From Welwitschia mirabilis (taxonomy: Eukaryota): 62,199 nucleotides of DNA. A program made the translations under genes and the position numbers. The notes under the pieces were generated by a model. It was given only the letters and a program-made list of their open reading frames with translations, had not been told where the DNA came from and searched no databases. The DNA is taken from NCBI GenBank assembly GCA_051453625.1, contig JBOZIK010000001.1, positions 41,109,519 to 41,171,717 on the forward strand, written 5' to 3'. Below, in pieces: positions 39,090 to 53,600 of the stretch (position 1 is the stretch's first letter; every line of letters starts with the position of its first letter).

Positions 39090-40480
39090 GTCTTTGGTTT
39101 GCTAATATTGTTTGTTGAAGGACATTTACCAAAGTTATCTATTTTGGCATTTTTTATCTCTTGTGCTCTTTTCATTTCATCCAAAGAGTTTGTAAATTAA
39201 CCATTTGAATGTTCAAAGTTGGATGAACTTGGTTGATAATATGTGTTTTCAAGTCGGTTTCTAAAAGGTTGAGGATTATTTTGGAAATATGTGTTCAACA
39301 TAGGTTGTGTCTAATTTTGATTTTGGAAGTTTTAAAATGGTTGATTAAAATCACAAACTTATTAATGAATTCTTTCTTTATAAGTTGGCAGAAGAGGATA
39401 ATTTTTGATGACATGATAGTTGTCCTCACATAAATCACAATTTGGTATAACATTTCTTTCTGTTGCAGTTTTAGCATCTAAGAGCATTTACACATACTTC
39501 TCTAGGGTTGTTGTAAAATATTTTATAGAATTTCCAAGGTTTTATTCTACCTCTTTTTGTTATCTTACCTTTTTTAAGCCCTTAATGAGTTGGCCTATCA
39601 TTTGATTTTTTTTTAGGTGTTAACCAAGTTTAACTTACTTACACAAGCTCTTTTAGTTTTATTCAAGCATCATCTACTATAAGGTTCATGAGGTTTCCTC
39701 CATAAGAAAAATCTACAAGTTGTTTAATGTGTAATATAGAAGTAGTATATTAGTTTTATTGGTAATAAAACATCTACTAGATTAGAGTGGATTGCTATAA
39801 AGAAATGCTCATATGTGGAGGCATAGTTTTCATTTGGTTTTTATTGGTAGTTTATTACCTCTTTTTTTCTTTTTCTTACATTTTCTTCACTCATGAATCT
39901 TTTTATAAAGGTTTCCCAGACTTGATCACATGTTTTTAAACTTTTTTAGGGTATAATCTTTAGCCAAAATTTTCCCTACTCTTTAATGTCATGGTAAAGA
40001 TTACCATGTATGTTCTATCCATTATTTTTTTCTTCTCATTTCGCCAGGTGAGGATAAGTTGTTTAATTTCTCCAATGTGTTGAACGAGATCCTCCTCATA
40101 TTCTATATTAAAAGTTGGGCAGGCATGTAAATTTTTAAGCTTGACATCATCTCTTAAGGGTAGGTTAAAAAGTGTTTGAATTTTTCTTTTCTTGTTGGCC
40201 AACAATTCCCTCATGGTTAAGTTTACATTAGGAGTATAAGATCGTATGACATGTTTTTATTTATGGGAGGTACTTGACATTGTATTTTTGTTTTCTCCTT
40301 CTACATGTTTTTTATTAAGGAAATCAGATTTAGAAAAAACAAATTTGAAAGGAGGATTGAGTGCATTTGGAGATTGTTATTCTGACTCTTTTTCTATGTC
40401 CACTAGTCCTTCTTTGATGTTCTTTTCTATTAGCTGCTTTTCTTTGAGATATTTCTTCTCTAAATTGATCATATCACAAC
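39090..40480 (-). pseudogene. gag: G4 gag (degenerate)
   Basis: CPTFNIEYEEDLVQHIGEI...IFTMTLK...SLKTCDQVWETFIKRF fits the retrotransposon gag pattern. Confidence 0.8.
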
Positions 40481-42025
40481 ATCTTAAAAATAGCAAATAA
40501 TAAAAATAGATAAAAAATAATAGACCATCATCTTATCTGTTGTGAGGACAACAGAAGGAATGACAAATACAGAAACAATAAAAACAAAAATAGAACTGAA
40601 ATCGAAACACCAAAAAAAAAAAAAAAAAGAAATAGGACTATTATTTACCTGATCATTTAGAAATCATAGGAGATAATAGAAATTGATTTATTTTATAAAA
40701 ATTACAATACAAAAATAAAACTAAAACAAAAATAGCACACTGTCATCCTAATAGTCATGGGGACGACAGAAGGAATGACCACACTTGTTTACGAAAAACT
40801 AAAATTGAAAGACCAAAACTAAAATCCAGCACATGAAAAACCTATATCTTTTAATAAAATATAATACCACATAGATAAATAATTAAATAGAGGTCCGATA
40901 CACTCACTTGAATGATGACAACCTTTATACTCCTCAATAGCCTTCCCTGATAATATCACTAATTTGTTGCAATGTGTATTTCTGTAAGCTTTTATCTTTA
41001 AAGAGATCTTGTCATTAATAATAAAAATAAATATTTTGCATAATACATCATACTAGTATAATGGGAGTTAACTTGAAATGTCATATTCTCATTGAAGTCT
41101 ATGAGTATGAGACTTAGGTTGCTTTGAAAATGAACAGGAACTAGAAAATAACAATGCAAGAAACTAAAGTACCATGCAAGATGAATCTAAACTAATATGC
41201 AATACAAGAATAACCTTAACTCTACTTTCTTTTAGCCTTAATAAAGATTGCCCTTGATAATCTATATCACCCAAGAAATTGGCACTAGATCAAGGGTAAG
41301 ATAGCTTATAAGGGTTATAAGAAAATCTAACATCTAAATATGAAAATAAAGTAAGGTTTTTGCATTAAAGGTTAATAATTATCTTGGTTACAAAATAGCT
41401 AGGTCTGAATGGAAGATACATAGCCCTCCACCAAGTGCACATCTTTCTGTAATGCTTAAGATAGACCTCCTGCCCTTCGCTCTCCTATTATGAGAATGTC
41501 TGGTGCATCGAAGATAAAAAGGAGAGTTGAAGGGGGCCTTATTTATAAAAAATATAGTAGAAAAGGATAAATAGTAGATGCAGTTAAGTGCACTTATCAA
41601 TGACTCAGAAACAGATAAAACAGGTAAGGTAATCTATCAGAGTCAGTTACATGTTAGTGTTATCTTGGCTGTCATCCAAATGACATAGGGGATGATAGCA
41701 CATTATAAAATATCTTTGAAATAATGACTCAGCAGTCCACATCAGCAGTCATCGTCCTACCTGTCATGTGGATGACAGAGGGTACGATGGTCTTCTTTAA
41801 TGGTTTTATTGAGGAGAAACTTAGCATTTTTTATCATGAGTCCTTTTTAAAATCTCTATTCTTAAGCAAGTGCCTTTAATGCATTAGATTTGGATAATAA
41901 TTGCACTTGTCTGAGATTTCCTCTTGTATCTCCAAAATCCTCAGAATTATACCTAAACTTATATAAAAGTCCTATAAAACAACTCATAAAATCCCATCAA
42001 ATAACCATAAATTGGAAGCACAATA
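39090..42025 (-). mobile_element. G4: truncated Athila-like element (5' LTR 40965-42025, PBS, leader, gag) nested in G5
   Basis: LTR similar to 16125-17356. Decayed Asp-type PBS at ~40943-40962 (revcomp TTAGTGATATTATCAGGGAA versus TGGCGCCGTTGCCGGGGA). gag lies downstream on the - strand. Confidence 0.8.
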
Positions 42026-43440
42026 TATGATTAGATGGATCCTCCTCATGAAAAAATTTAATTTAACTATCACTGATAAAGCAGGAAAATATAATTTTGT
42101 TGCTGGTCATTTGTTTCATTTTCTCTTCTCCTATTAATGATCTTGTTATTGATGATTTTTTTTTCCAAATGAATAACTTTTTACTATATATTTTACTCAT
42201 CCTTCTCTTTGATATGCTGATATTATTAATTACCTTAAAACCATAAAAATACCATAACATTGAACTTATAATCAATAAAAATCCTTTTTCCTATTGTAGG
42301 TGTAAAGATCAAATTATGCAAAAAAGTATGCCTAATTGGGAAAAATCTAATATCCTTTATCTTTATCATGTTCGTATTTGTGGATATTATTTTAATGAAT
42401 AGAAAACAACTATGAAAATTCTGCACTCTAGGTTTTATTAGCCTACTCTTTTTTAGGATTCAATTGACTTTGCTAAAAGGTGTGATTCTTGTCAGCATAA
42501 TGATATCCTTCTTCATGCTAAACGGATGCTCCTTAAACATATTCTTGAATGTGAATCTTTTGACTATTGAGGAATTAATTTTAGAGGCCCTATTCACCCA
42601 CCTTCTAATGAGAAAAATTACATTTTAGTGGGTATAGATTATATTACTAAATGGATTAATAACTTATATTTTTTTAAATATTTAGTTTTCTTAGGATTAT
42701 TATTAATGATTAAGAAACTCATTTTATAAATTAACATTTTAGAAACTTCTTTTGTTCATTATAATAGAACATAGAATAACGTGTGCTTATCATCTATAAA
42801 TAAATGGTCAAGTTAAAAATGCAAATAGAGAAATTAAAAAAATGTTACCAAAACTTATCTCTATTAATAAGAAATATTGGGCTTCTAAACTTAATGATGT
42901 TCTTTGGGCTTACCATACTACTTAGCATAAATATCTTGGTTTTTCACCTTATGAAATTGTGTATGAAAAAGTTTGTATTTTACTTATTGATGTGTGTTAA
43001 AACTCTTATCATGCTTCTTATCAACTTAATTTTGTTGACCTTCATGAAAAAATTAGATATAAATTAGCCCAATTAGATCAATTTAATGAAAACCATACTT
43101 GTGGTATACATCATTAATTAATCCATAAAACCCAAGCTAAGTCCAAACATGATAGAAAGCTATCTCATAAAAAGTTTGAACTAGGTTAACTTATCCTTTT
43201 ATATAATACTAAAGTACATCTTTTGAATAACAAGTTAACCTCTAAATGGTTAGATCCTTATCTTATAGATAAATTACATTCTAATGGCTCTATTGAGATT
43301 TTTGATTTAGAGATTAAGGATATCTAGAAAGTTAATGGACAAAGGTTTAAACTACATAAAATTTTTTTTAATGCAACCTTGAACATGGTAGAAGTACTTG
43401 TTTTAGAGGTTTTCTTTAATGAAAAGGACTTTTACCCTAT
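42026..43440 (+). pseudogene. pol: G5 RNase H end and integrase (degenerate)
   Basis: IRWILLMKKFNLTITDKAGKYNFVAGHL; FAKRCDSCQ; GINFRGP...YILVGIDYITKW; KLNDVLWAY; KLTSKWLDPY; KVNGQRFK. Confidence 0.9.
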
Positions 43441-45819
43441 CATTATCTGAATTCTCTGTTAGCTTATTCATTTGGTAGATGTCATGATATCACTTAATTA
43501 TCTTTTAAATTTAACTTATGTGTTGTTTTATAAAGTTTTCATGACTAGTATTCATACTTGGGCATTTTATAGTGATAAGAATAGATTCACCCAATCTTAA
43601 GACATTTCCATATCTATGGACTTCACTTTAAAGAATGATGCCTTAGTTCTTGTGCTTTTTTTAATGGTATGAGGTTGTTGGTTGTTTAATAGTGTTTTTT
43701 TCTTTCTTTCATTTCACTTATTTACTTCTATATTTTTAAGTGTTTAATCATGTGAAAAATATTTAGAGGAAAAAATAAGAGAAAAAAAGAAGAAAGAAAG
43801 AAAATAATGATCATGATCTATTATATTTGTGCTTTAAGAAAAATGCATGATCACCATGATGTCATACCACATTGGGTAAATCTTTTAAAAGGAACCTTTG
43901 GTAGTGTTGACACCTATGGGAACTTCACTGGGGGATTAGTTGATCATGCTTCATGGGTTCTTACTTCTCTAACTATGTTTGTACTTTCCTCTTCATTAAA
44001 AAAATGTAATAAACTTTGAGCTATGGGATTAATGGTGTTCTTGGTATTATTAGAGGCATTTCTTATTTTCTAGACTCTTAATATTCTCACATGATTATTT
44101 CACTTTTAAAGATTTGAATGTGTTTTGGGGTATGAGTAAATGAGTTCATTTCTGAGTAGCTTTTAATCTTATCATTCCTTGTTCTAAGCACTTAAACTTT
44201 TAGTATCATCATAATCATTGCTTTTTTAAGTGAAAATTTATGGCATTTATACATTTTGTTATGAATTTTTACTTAAGTGATTTTATGATGTCTTCCATAA
44301 GGGTTTGCTAGGTTATAATTCAGGATAGATAAGCAATCTTCTTCACATTCCTTATGTTTGTTTTCATTTCTATTTTCTTTAATTTTTCAGTTTGTTATTT
44401 TAAAGTCATTTTTGCATTTTCTCATATTTACATAGGACCTTATAATTTAGTAGTTTCTTTGTCATTCATTCATGACATATCATTTCTTATTTATCATTAG
44501 AGGTAAACAGAAAATCTTTTATGTTTTACAGCTTTTATGAGATTCCTTGTATCTTTTGGAGTTCTGCACTTTATCTTGTTTGGGTACATTCATTCAATCT
44601 TTATTGTTAGATTTTAGCCTAGTTACTATGTCTTCTTTAGCCCCTCTTATTATCTGTTTTAAGTTTTTCACTTCATCCTAATTTTCATGATTCTCTCTTA
44701 TTTCCTATTTCTCCAAGTTTTCTAATAAATTATGATACCTTCATGATAATATATTAGTCTACCTTTCTTGGGTAATAAGTTTATTTTTGTTGAATTTTTT
44801 AAAAGTTCCATTGTACACTTAGTTATTTAAATGATATAGGCAGATGACAGCTTGATTTTTTCTGAGATTTATCCTAAAGATATCATCTGGATGAAGCGAC
44901 TAGATAAAAATGTAATAAAATTATTACCAAGCCCTTTGTTCCTAATTATTCTTCAAATCATTATTGTTTCCATCTATTTTTTCAAGAGATAATGAGTCCC
45001 TTAGTCCTTGCCATCACTTTGGATTTGGTTCTCATGAGATTCACTTCCAAATTTACTAGATTTTTGTAAATTTCTGAAAATGAGGTATTTTTTTTCACCC
45101 TCATCTTTTTTAAGTTTTATTTTATTTTTTAGCCTTTTGATAGTTAGTTTTCAAGTATGTTGATTATTTTTTTATCCTCTTTAAATTTGAACTTACATAT
45201 TTGATTTTTGTCATGTATTTCGAAAGTTATAATCAATTGTGCATTTTATAAAAAAAGTTTAGGTTTTAACTTTCACACAAATTTCTCGCAAACTATAGGT
45301 TAAAAAATAGTGGTCCTTTAGAGAAAATTAATCAGTTTGATGTGTTCTATGATTCTCCTAGANNNNNNNNNNNNNNNNNNNNNNNNNNNNNNNNNNNNNN
45401 NNNNNNNNNNNNNNNNNNNNNNNNNNNNNNNNNNNNNNNNNNNNNNNNNNNNNNNNNNNNNNCCTTTAGAGAAAATTAATCAGTTTGATGTGTTCTATGA
45501 TTCTACTAGATTAGATTTTTCATTTTATCACTTTGAAATTTCACGTTATGGGGTGGGGGGTGGGGGGTCCACTTAAAAACTATTTTTCATTTTTTCACAC
45601 ATTTTAAAATTTTCTTCTCATGAATATGCATTTATGAGATGTATTAATACTTTTGAAGGGATAGGATGTATTTTCATGATTTTTATGTTTTTAATCAATT
45701 TTGGGGGGTCATTATTAAGCATCCACACAATGTATTTAACTTATCTATCCAAGCTCGTGTAACTTCCTTACATTTTTTTTAAAAACTAAGTAGGCCCTAT
45801 ACACATAGAGATACATAGG

Positions 45820-46920
45820 CTAAGCTAAGGTCAAAGTCATAAAGTAGGAGGCAGATCCATTAGTACCACTAAAGTTTAAGCATGTAAAGCCTATGCATCC
45901 CTCACCTAGACATGAACATTTGATTACAATCTAAATAGCCACTATTCATGTTGAGCATTATTTTAGAGATTTCATGAGCAGATTATAGCTATAGGTTAAT
46001 CATTGGCTCTTAGGTTTATAGCTCCCATAAATTCTAGATGCATATAAAACCTATTATGTATTAGAGACTAAGGGTTTTTATAACTCGATGCATATAGAGT
46101 GAAAATCAGATTCTTATGGTCACCTCATAAACATGATTATAAATTCTATATAGGACCACAAGATAACTATATTTTCAAACCACATTATAGCAGTTACAAA
46201 TCTAGATGATGTTGGAAGTTTACACATTCATTCTACTAGAGGTATAGAGGAGTACTAAACATATGGTATAGCACTAGACATCCTAGTAGATTTGACACTA
46301 GATAGGTAGGGAGTTTATGTGACTTAGTTAGCATCCACCTATATAGTTTTACACCTAGAGCTGAACCACAAAATAAGTTAATCATTTCATAATAGCCATA
46401 CTATGGTTATACACTTGTAGATATTGGCAGCATTTAGGCAGGATAAGTAGATGAATTTATTAATATTCATATGGAGGATACCTAGGTCGATGGTCGAGGC
46501 ATAACAGTTACAAAATCTAGGGTATCTATACCTTCTTTTAGCCTTCTTTTAATGATTTGGAATACTAGAGCTTATGGGAGAGCAATGCCTTTCTCATATT
46601 CAAACTTCCACTTGTTATCTTTAAGACATGAGCATACAGATACCAAAAGAGGTAGAGATACCTCAGGTATAGAGACCTACAGTCAAAGTTACATTAGACA
46701 AGATTTAGGCCATCCTAGAAAAGACCACTAAGACTATTAAGGACTTTATCGACAGAGGTATCTAAATGATAGATAGAGGATCTAGAAATTATAGAAGAAT
46801 ATCTAAATGATTGAAAGAAGAGTCCAGTACTCTAAGGAGTAGATAGTCCACATACATCAATGTATTATATCTATATAGCAGAGTGTGATAATTGATCTCT
46901 TAGAGGTAGTCTGTGTATAG
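45820..46920 (+). pseudogene. G5 env-like ORF (degenerate)
   Basis: Homologous to the reverse complement of 59757-60575, which reads YRVLHRGLIHNISP...MDLPTFI...LGYPCLLLAFFR*FGIP. Confidence 0.7.
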
Positions 46921-47119
46921 GGAGATGAAATAATTTATTCCATTTCAACCTCATTGAATATTCATTTCCTTATAGACCTTGAGCATCCTCCATTTTTTCC
47001 TTCTACACTTGAGCCTACTACCATATAGATTTTATTATGCAATGTTAAGGAAAATGAAGTTTGTCATATTTTGTATCTTTTCCTCTATACCTTTTTATAC
47101 TTAAAACTCTTAATTATAT

Positions 47120-47121
<2 letters not shown>

Positions 47122-47183
<62 letters not shown>
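47122..47183. repeat. (AC)n microsatellite running into a gap
   Basis: Direct reading. Confidence 0.98.
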
Positions 47184-47642
47184 NNNNNNNNNNNNNNNNN
47201 NNNNNNNNNNNNNNNNNNNNNNNNNNNNNNNNNNNNNNNNNNNNNNNNNNNNNNNNNNNNNNNNNNNNNNNNNNNNNNNNNNNNNNNNNNNNNNNNNNNN
47301 NNNNNNNNNNNNNNNNNNNNNNNNNNNNNNNNNNNNNNNNNNNNNNNNNNNNNNNNNNNNNNNNNNNNNNNNNNNNNNNNNNNNNNNNNNNNNNNNNNNN
47401 NNNNNNNNNNNNNNNNNNNNNNNNNNNNNNNNNNNNNNNNNNNNNNNNNNNNNNNNNNNNNNNNNNNNNNNNNNNNNNNNNNNNNNNNNNNNNNNNNNNN
47501 NNNNNNNNNNNNNNNNNNNNNNNNNNNNNNNNNNNNNNNNNNNNNNNNNNNNNNNNNNNNNNNNNNNNNNNNNNNNNNNNNNNNNNNNNNNNNNNNNNNN
47601 NNNNNNNNNNNNNNNNNNNNNNNNNNNNNNNNNNNNNNNNNN

Positions 47643-48977
47643 ATATTATAAGTTGTTTTGTAGAATATTAAATAGGTTTATGCTAGATTTCTATGATATT
47701 TGAGAGCTAAGATAAAAATACAAAAACATGCAATCTTCATGACATATTACAGCATTTAAAGTAGTTTACAATATTTTTTATTTTAAACTAAACTTCTTGT
47801 AAACATTAAGGCTGATGCACTACATAAATACTTGTAAAAAGCTTATTGTCCACCTCATCATCCGAATGATTATACAGATGATGGAATAATTAAAGTCAAT
47901 AATGATGCTTATTATAATCAATTTGATAGATGACATAAAATTCTTATGAGATGGCATCATCTCCTGTNNNNNNNNNNNNNNNNNNNNNNNNNNNNNNNNN
48001 NNNNNNNNNNNNNNNNNNNNNNNNNNNNNNNNNNNNNNNNNNNNNNNNNNNNNNNNNNNNNNNNNNNATCAATTTGATAGATGACATAAAATTCTTATGA
48101 GATGGCATCATCTCCTGTATTGTTTAGATGACCTACAGAATGATAACTATTATAACACTTCACTAAACTTCACCTAACATTTATTATCTATCTCTATGTT
48201 TGTTATGTGGTTGTTAGGATTTTGCCTATGCCTGTTTGTTTTTTTTTTTTGTTTGTGAATTATTTTGTGAATAAATACCAACTATGCTCTTGGCTCTTAC
48301 TTATCTTTGATTGCACTACAAATTCTCATGATAGGAGATTAAAGGGCCAAAGANNNNNNNNNNNNNNNNNNNNNNNNNNNNNNNNNNNNNNNNNNNNNNN
48401 NNNNNNNNNNNNNNNNNNNNNNNNNNNNNNNNNNNNNNNNNNNNNNNNNNNNNCCAAAGATCCATCCATTATAGTTGCAGAGAGATGTCTTCCTCAGTAT
48501 TGGGCTATGCTTCCTCCATTGAGGTGTGGCTACTTTGTAACATGGATGTTGATTTAAAATTACTTCAAAGAACTCTTTTCTATTTTTCTATTCTTATTGT
48601 GTACTTATCCCTTATAGCATATGTTACTTTTGATTTCATAATAGCTTCTTAAGTGAAATAGATTATGAGGGTAATCTCTATCAAGATTGATCATTATTAG
48701 TTTTAAGTGCATTGCCATTTTTCTTTCTTAGATTGACTTTGCATAAGTGTTTTGCATTGTTATTTTTAACTTTGCATTCTATTATTGTTTTTAAGATATA
48801 TAAATTTTTCATCTTAAAATAAATTCTCTTTATCTAAACTTAGACCTTTAATGGATTATGATATTCAAGACCACTCTCATCTATATTAGTGTATTGTGTT
48901 TTGTAAAATCTATATTTATTTTTAAATGATAATATCTTCTTAGAAGCATAATATTTACACAAATATGCACTGCAACA
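47643..48977 (+). repeat. G5 3' LTR (start lies in a gap)
   Basis: Matches 38950-39089 and ends ...TGCAACA followed by the TSD. Confidence 0.9.
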
Positions 48978-49974
48978 TTATGTAATACAAATAAGGTATA
49001 TTTACTTTCCATACTAAACATATTAAAAATTTACTATTTAGATATGGTTTATAGGACTGCATAGCCAAACATATTCCGATTAATTAAAGTACAAAACTAG
49101 ACAAAGATAAGTATGGTGAGAAATTTAATCAAAAACTATACAAAGATATGATTGGTAATTTATTGAATCTTACTACTAGTAGACCTCTTATTGTTTTGAG
49201 CGTAGGGATTTTTGCTTGTTATCAAAGTCATCCTAGAGGATAACATCTTATAGTAGTTGAAAGAATTCTTCATTATTCAAAAAATACTACTAACTGGGAC
49301 CTTTGGTATTTAAGGAGTCTTACCTTAATCTAATTAGGTATTATGATGTAGATTGAGTAGGATGTAAAGATGATAGAAGAAGTGCAAGTACAACTTACTT
49401 CTTACTTGGATAATGTCTAATATTTAGAGTACTAAAAAGTAAAAGTTAGTTACTCTTTTAATTGTTAAGGCTAAATATATTGCTGCTGGGAGGTTTTATG
49501 TATAAGTACTTTAGATGAAGCAAACATTAAAAGATTTTGGACTCTCCTCAAAAATCATTCCTATATTTTGCAATAACAAAATTGCTATCAATATCTTGAA
49601 GAATTTATTACAACATTCAAGAATAAACACATTGAGATTAAACATCACTTTCTCAAAGAGCATGTATAAAATAAGGATATTATTATATAATATATTATTA
49701 CAAATGATCAAATCACTAACATTTTTACTAAATCATTAAGTAGTAAAAGTTTTGTTAAATTGTGTAAGAACTTGGGGATTTGGCCTTACCTAATTAGGTA
49801 ATTCATTAAATAGTATTATTTAAATATCAACTTCATTTTATGATATCCTAATAGTTGAGATTATAATTATATGCTAAAATAGTAAAATTTTGTGCATGTT
49901 ACTTTAATTTTATAATGTAATATTATTATGATAACATTAGTCATGAAAAATTTTAAAGTTTTTGGTTTTTTCAT

Positions 49975-50430
49975 AAAAGACATCTTTGGTTTTGTAGATA
50001 TCTATTAAGAAGATGTCTTTAATCATATAGAAATCTTTCAAGTAGATGTCTTTAAATTTCTAGACATCTTTAAAGGTCAGATATACTTTTTTAATGTTTT
50101 GAAATAGATTTCTTTGAACAAGTAGACGCGTTAATAGTATATACAATGACTAATAAAATTTTTAATAGTAGATGTCTTTCAATGAAGTAAACATCTACTA
50201 TTATCATGTTAGATGTCTTTTAGTAGGTAGATATCATTCAAGAACTATTGCAAAAATTAAAAAAAATGAAAATAAAACCCTAGAATTTTAACCCTTTTTA
50301 ATCAAAAAGTGGGCCACAATCTCTTATTTTCAATCATTCACTTGATATATATCCCTCTTAGAGCTCTTTCCAAGTTTTTTTCCCTCGTATTTCTCTGCAA
50401 AGACATCTTAGATTTTGTAGATATCTTCAT
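49975..50430. repeat. Array of decayed AGACGTCT palindromes downstream of C pol
   Basis: About a dozen copies of AGATGTCT, AGACATCT or AGATATCT. Confidence 0.85.
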
Positions 50431-50614
50431 AGATATACAAATAGGTGTCTTTTCTCTCACAAATTATTATTTTTAATTCATTTATATGTCAATTAATTTT
50501 AGCTTAGTTCTTCATATATCTTTTAAGAAATAAGGAGGATAAAATCATTTGATGCCTCCAAAGGTAACAAACTAATTACAAAGATATACATATAATAATT
50601 TAAGCTTTATTTTT

Positions 50615-53600
50615 TATTGCAGTGTGAATTTATGCAATTCTGAAGCTCTTTAGGTAAACATGTAAATCAAATAACTTGTAGAAAAGTGCATGATAGTATA
50701 GATTAGAGTTCACGTGAATGTCATAATCCCAACGAAGGCACTAGGCTTAGAGTTAGGAAATTGATTTTCAGAGGTATTTTTAGTCTTTTACCTTTTACTA
50801 ATTAAAAGTAAATAACAATGCAAAGCACTACAAGATGAATGGATATGGAATGCAAGGAAATGAAATGGAAATGCTTTATACTTAGATCTTAGTCCTTCTG
50901 TCACAAGGACTACCTTCTCTATAAATTATATCAATTAAGAAGAGAATCCACTAATTCTTAACAAATATAAACTATGAGATCCATCCAAGTAAGATAAAAA
51001 ATGTAATATGAATTGAAATGAAAAAGTAATGCAAATCTACTACTAACTAAGTTCAATCTTAATAAAAGTTGGCCTTATGATCTAAATAAATTATATAGTT
51101 GTCACAATAAACTATGATCAATGTAAATCATAAGGGACATTTACAGAACTAGAAGGAAAAGAGAAATTAGATTAAATTAAAGAGTATTCAGAACATAACA
51201 TCCACTTATAATAGAATAACAACACAACTCAATGGAAGAGACTCATCCTAACACCAAGAAGACTTCTTTCTGTAGCTTTGGATGAACCTCTTGCCCTTCA
51301 ATTCTTTGTCAGAAATATTGGGTACAAAAGATGGTTTGAAGTAAGGACAAGGGGGTATTTATAGTTTTACATTACAAGTTCTAGAATTAAAACCCTAGAG
51401 GTCAGAAAGAAAACCCTAGTAGCTCACATGGGTCGCTTGATCCCCTTTACATAAATATTCATTCTTGAACATGCAAAAACAACTATCATCCCATTTATCA
51501 TTAGGACGACATAAGGGATGTCATCATGTGCCACATGTCTTCATGCCTTACTATCGACCCTGCAACTTCTGTTCATGTTAGCTTTCATCGTCCCTCATGT
51601 CATGGGAATGAACATGAGGATAACACCTCTATAGAAAAACTACTTTATTAACTTCAAGTTCTAGTCTAAATTATTATTGCAATGCGTAAATATAGTGTTG
51701 ACATCTACTCTATTGTGAGGACAATAGTGAGGACGACATCCTTCAAAATCTCCTTAGGTAAAGCAAATTATCCTTTTTTATCATTAGTCTTCTTTAACAT
51801 GCTAAGTATTAGAACATGCTTGAAATGCCTCCAATTATGTTAAGAATTACATGTTTCTGTGATCATTTTATTAACTATGCATAATTAGCAAAATTGCATC
51901 CAAACTTGTTTAAATGTCTTGCAAAGGTACTCCAAATATACTATCAAATTCCTATAAATTAGCATCATAACATAGCCCCCTACTTAGCCTTATTAGTCCC
52001 TGACAAAGTGATTCATCAACTNNNNNNNNNNNNNNNNNNNNNNNNNNNNNNNNNNNNNNNNNNNNNNNNNNNNNNNNNNNNNNAACTGATATAATTACTA
52101 TTGTAGTTGTAAGCCCTCTACTTAAACACATCACAGTGGATTAAATAAATGTCATACACATAAACAAATTATAGAATGTATAAATAATAGTGCAAAAAAT
52201 GATAATGTGTATGTATAAATTAATATGTAAACTTAATTAGTAATAATTTCAAAGAATGATAAATGAAAAGTTTATTAATGTTTTTTTATAAGGACAGGAT
52301 AAAAGAGTAATCATGGCATTCTTATCTTTTAGAGGATCTGAAACATAGATGTTGGACAATCAGTGAGTGTGCTATTGTGCTCCTGCTAAATAACGTCCAT
52401 GAAATGTATTNNNNNNNNNNAACATGAAATCATATCCACATAAATCATTCATAAATATGTATCATGAAAGCTCAAAGTAATCCTTTAAAATTTAAAAATT
52501 ATAAATCTTTTCATAATATCATAGAAAAAATCTCAGAGAGGTGTCCTACCCAAAGAATGACTATTGTCCTGCTATCATGGAAACAACAGACATAAGACAA
52601 TAATGTTTAAATGAGATATTTGGGCAGATCAAGAAAAATCCAAAAAGGTCTAATAGCAAGTAAGTAGTGAAAAAATAGCAGAAAAACATAAAGATGATAG
52701 AAAGTGAAGAAATATCTAGAAAAACATGACCATGGTGAAAGAGGATTATAAGACATAATAATGAATTAAGTAAAAGAAAGCAACGCTCAGAAGTATTCCA
52801 CAAATGTATTCAAAACTTTATAAGGATTCAAGATCAGTAAGTGGATGTATGCAAAACAAAAATCCAAGCATAAAAACATTAGTATAAAACAAAAGAAACA
52901 CATCAATCAAAGTGAAAGGAAGGTAGCAAAATAAAGTGCTTAAAAAAAAAAAAAGAAAAACAACTCCTTATAAAGAAAACTTATGAGTGAAAAGGAAAAA
53001 ACTAACTAAAAGAATTATCAGATGATTAGGTCCTATTTATAATGTGGAAAAAGATACTGTAATGACTTTGAAAATTCCAAATAAAATAACTAAGGAAAAA
53101 ATATAATGAAAATAGATAAATAAAAACTTTCTTACTCAAAATTTCACTCAAGTAAAGTCCCCTAGAAAAATCATAAAATCACTTAATAATGATGCATGTC
53201 ATAATTTAAAAATTCATTAAGTTCCACTCAAATAGGCAATGATTATGATGATGTCAAGTATATTTATTACTATCAAATAAATGAATGATAAGATAAAAAG
53301 CTGTTAAAACAGAAACTTATAAGCTATCATCTCAAAACAACACTAGAATCCAGAAAAGCAAAGTGAGCATGTGGAAGTACTATAAATAAANNNNNNNNNN
53401 NNNNNNNNNNNNNNNNNNNNNNNNNNNNNNNNNNNNNNNNNNNNNNNNNNNNNNNNNNNNNNNNNNNNNNNNNNNNNNNNNNNNNNNNNNTCATTTATTA
53501 AGCCTTGCAAATGAGTCATCGAAATGTCTATAGCTCAAGTAGATGATTATGGATCTAAATGCTAGTACTTTAAATAATATAAGATATAAAGCAATAGTTA

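Larger units (their letters stand above)
38911..48977 (+). mobile_element. G5: Athila-like gypsy with env-like ORF, inserted in RT of C; internally deleted
   Basis: TGTTACATTATCAAC...GCACTGCAACA. TSD TTATA (38906-38910) / TTATG (48978-48982). The 5' LTR stub 38911-39089 matches 47650-47790. Confidence 0.9.
35020..50614 (+). mobile_element. C: older Sirevirus-type copia element, LTRs absent, RT split by G5
   Basis: gag DSKAKNA...AQEIWNVLVRTYEG...FENLKM; protease AWYID...SHMIRD; integrase FWAEAINTTCY; RT SKARLVV, FYGFKQAPK, MHIDDIIF. Resumes at 48978 (GIFTFHTKHIKNLL), then RNase H DVD*VGCKDDRRSAS and DQITNIFTKSL. Confidence 0.9.

Noticed and set aside
16125..42025. LTRs 16125-17356 and 40965-42025 as the two ends of one element
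   Set aside because: They are too divergent and differ in length. The flanks (CCTCT versus TATGA) are not a TSD, and G2 does not resume after 42025.
45800..46900. Captured host gene or plant mobile domain
   Set aside because: The better-preserved homolog at 59757-60575 shows env-like motifs, and it sits in the usual Athila position.
47061..47200. Thr-His repeat protein
   Set aside because: Translation of an (AC)n microsatellite.
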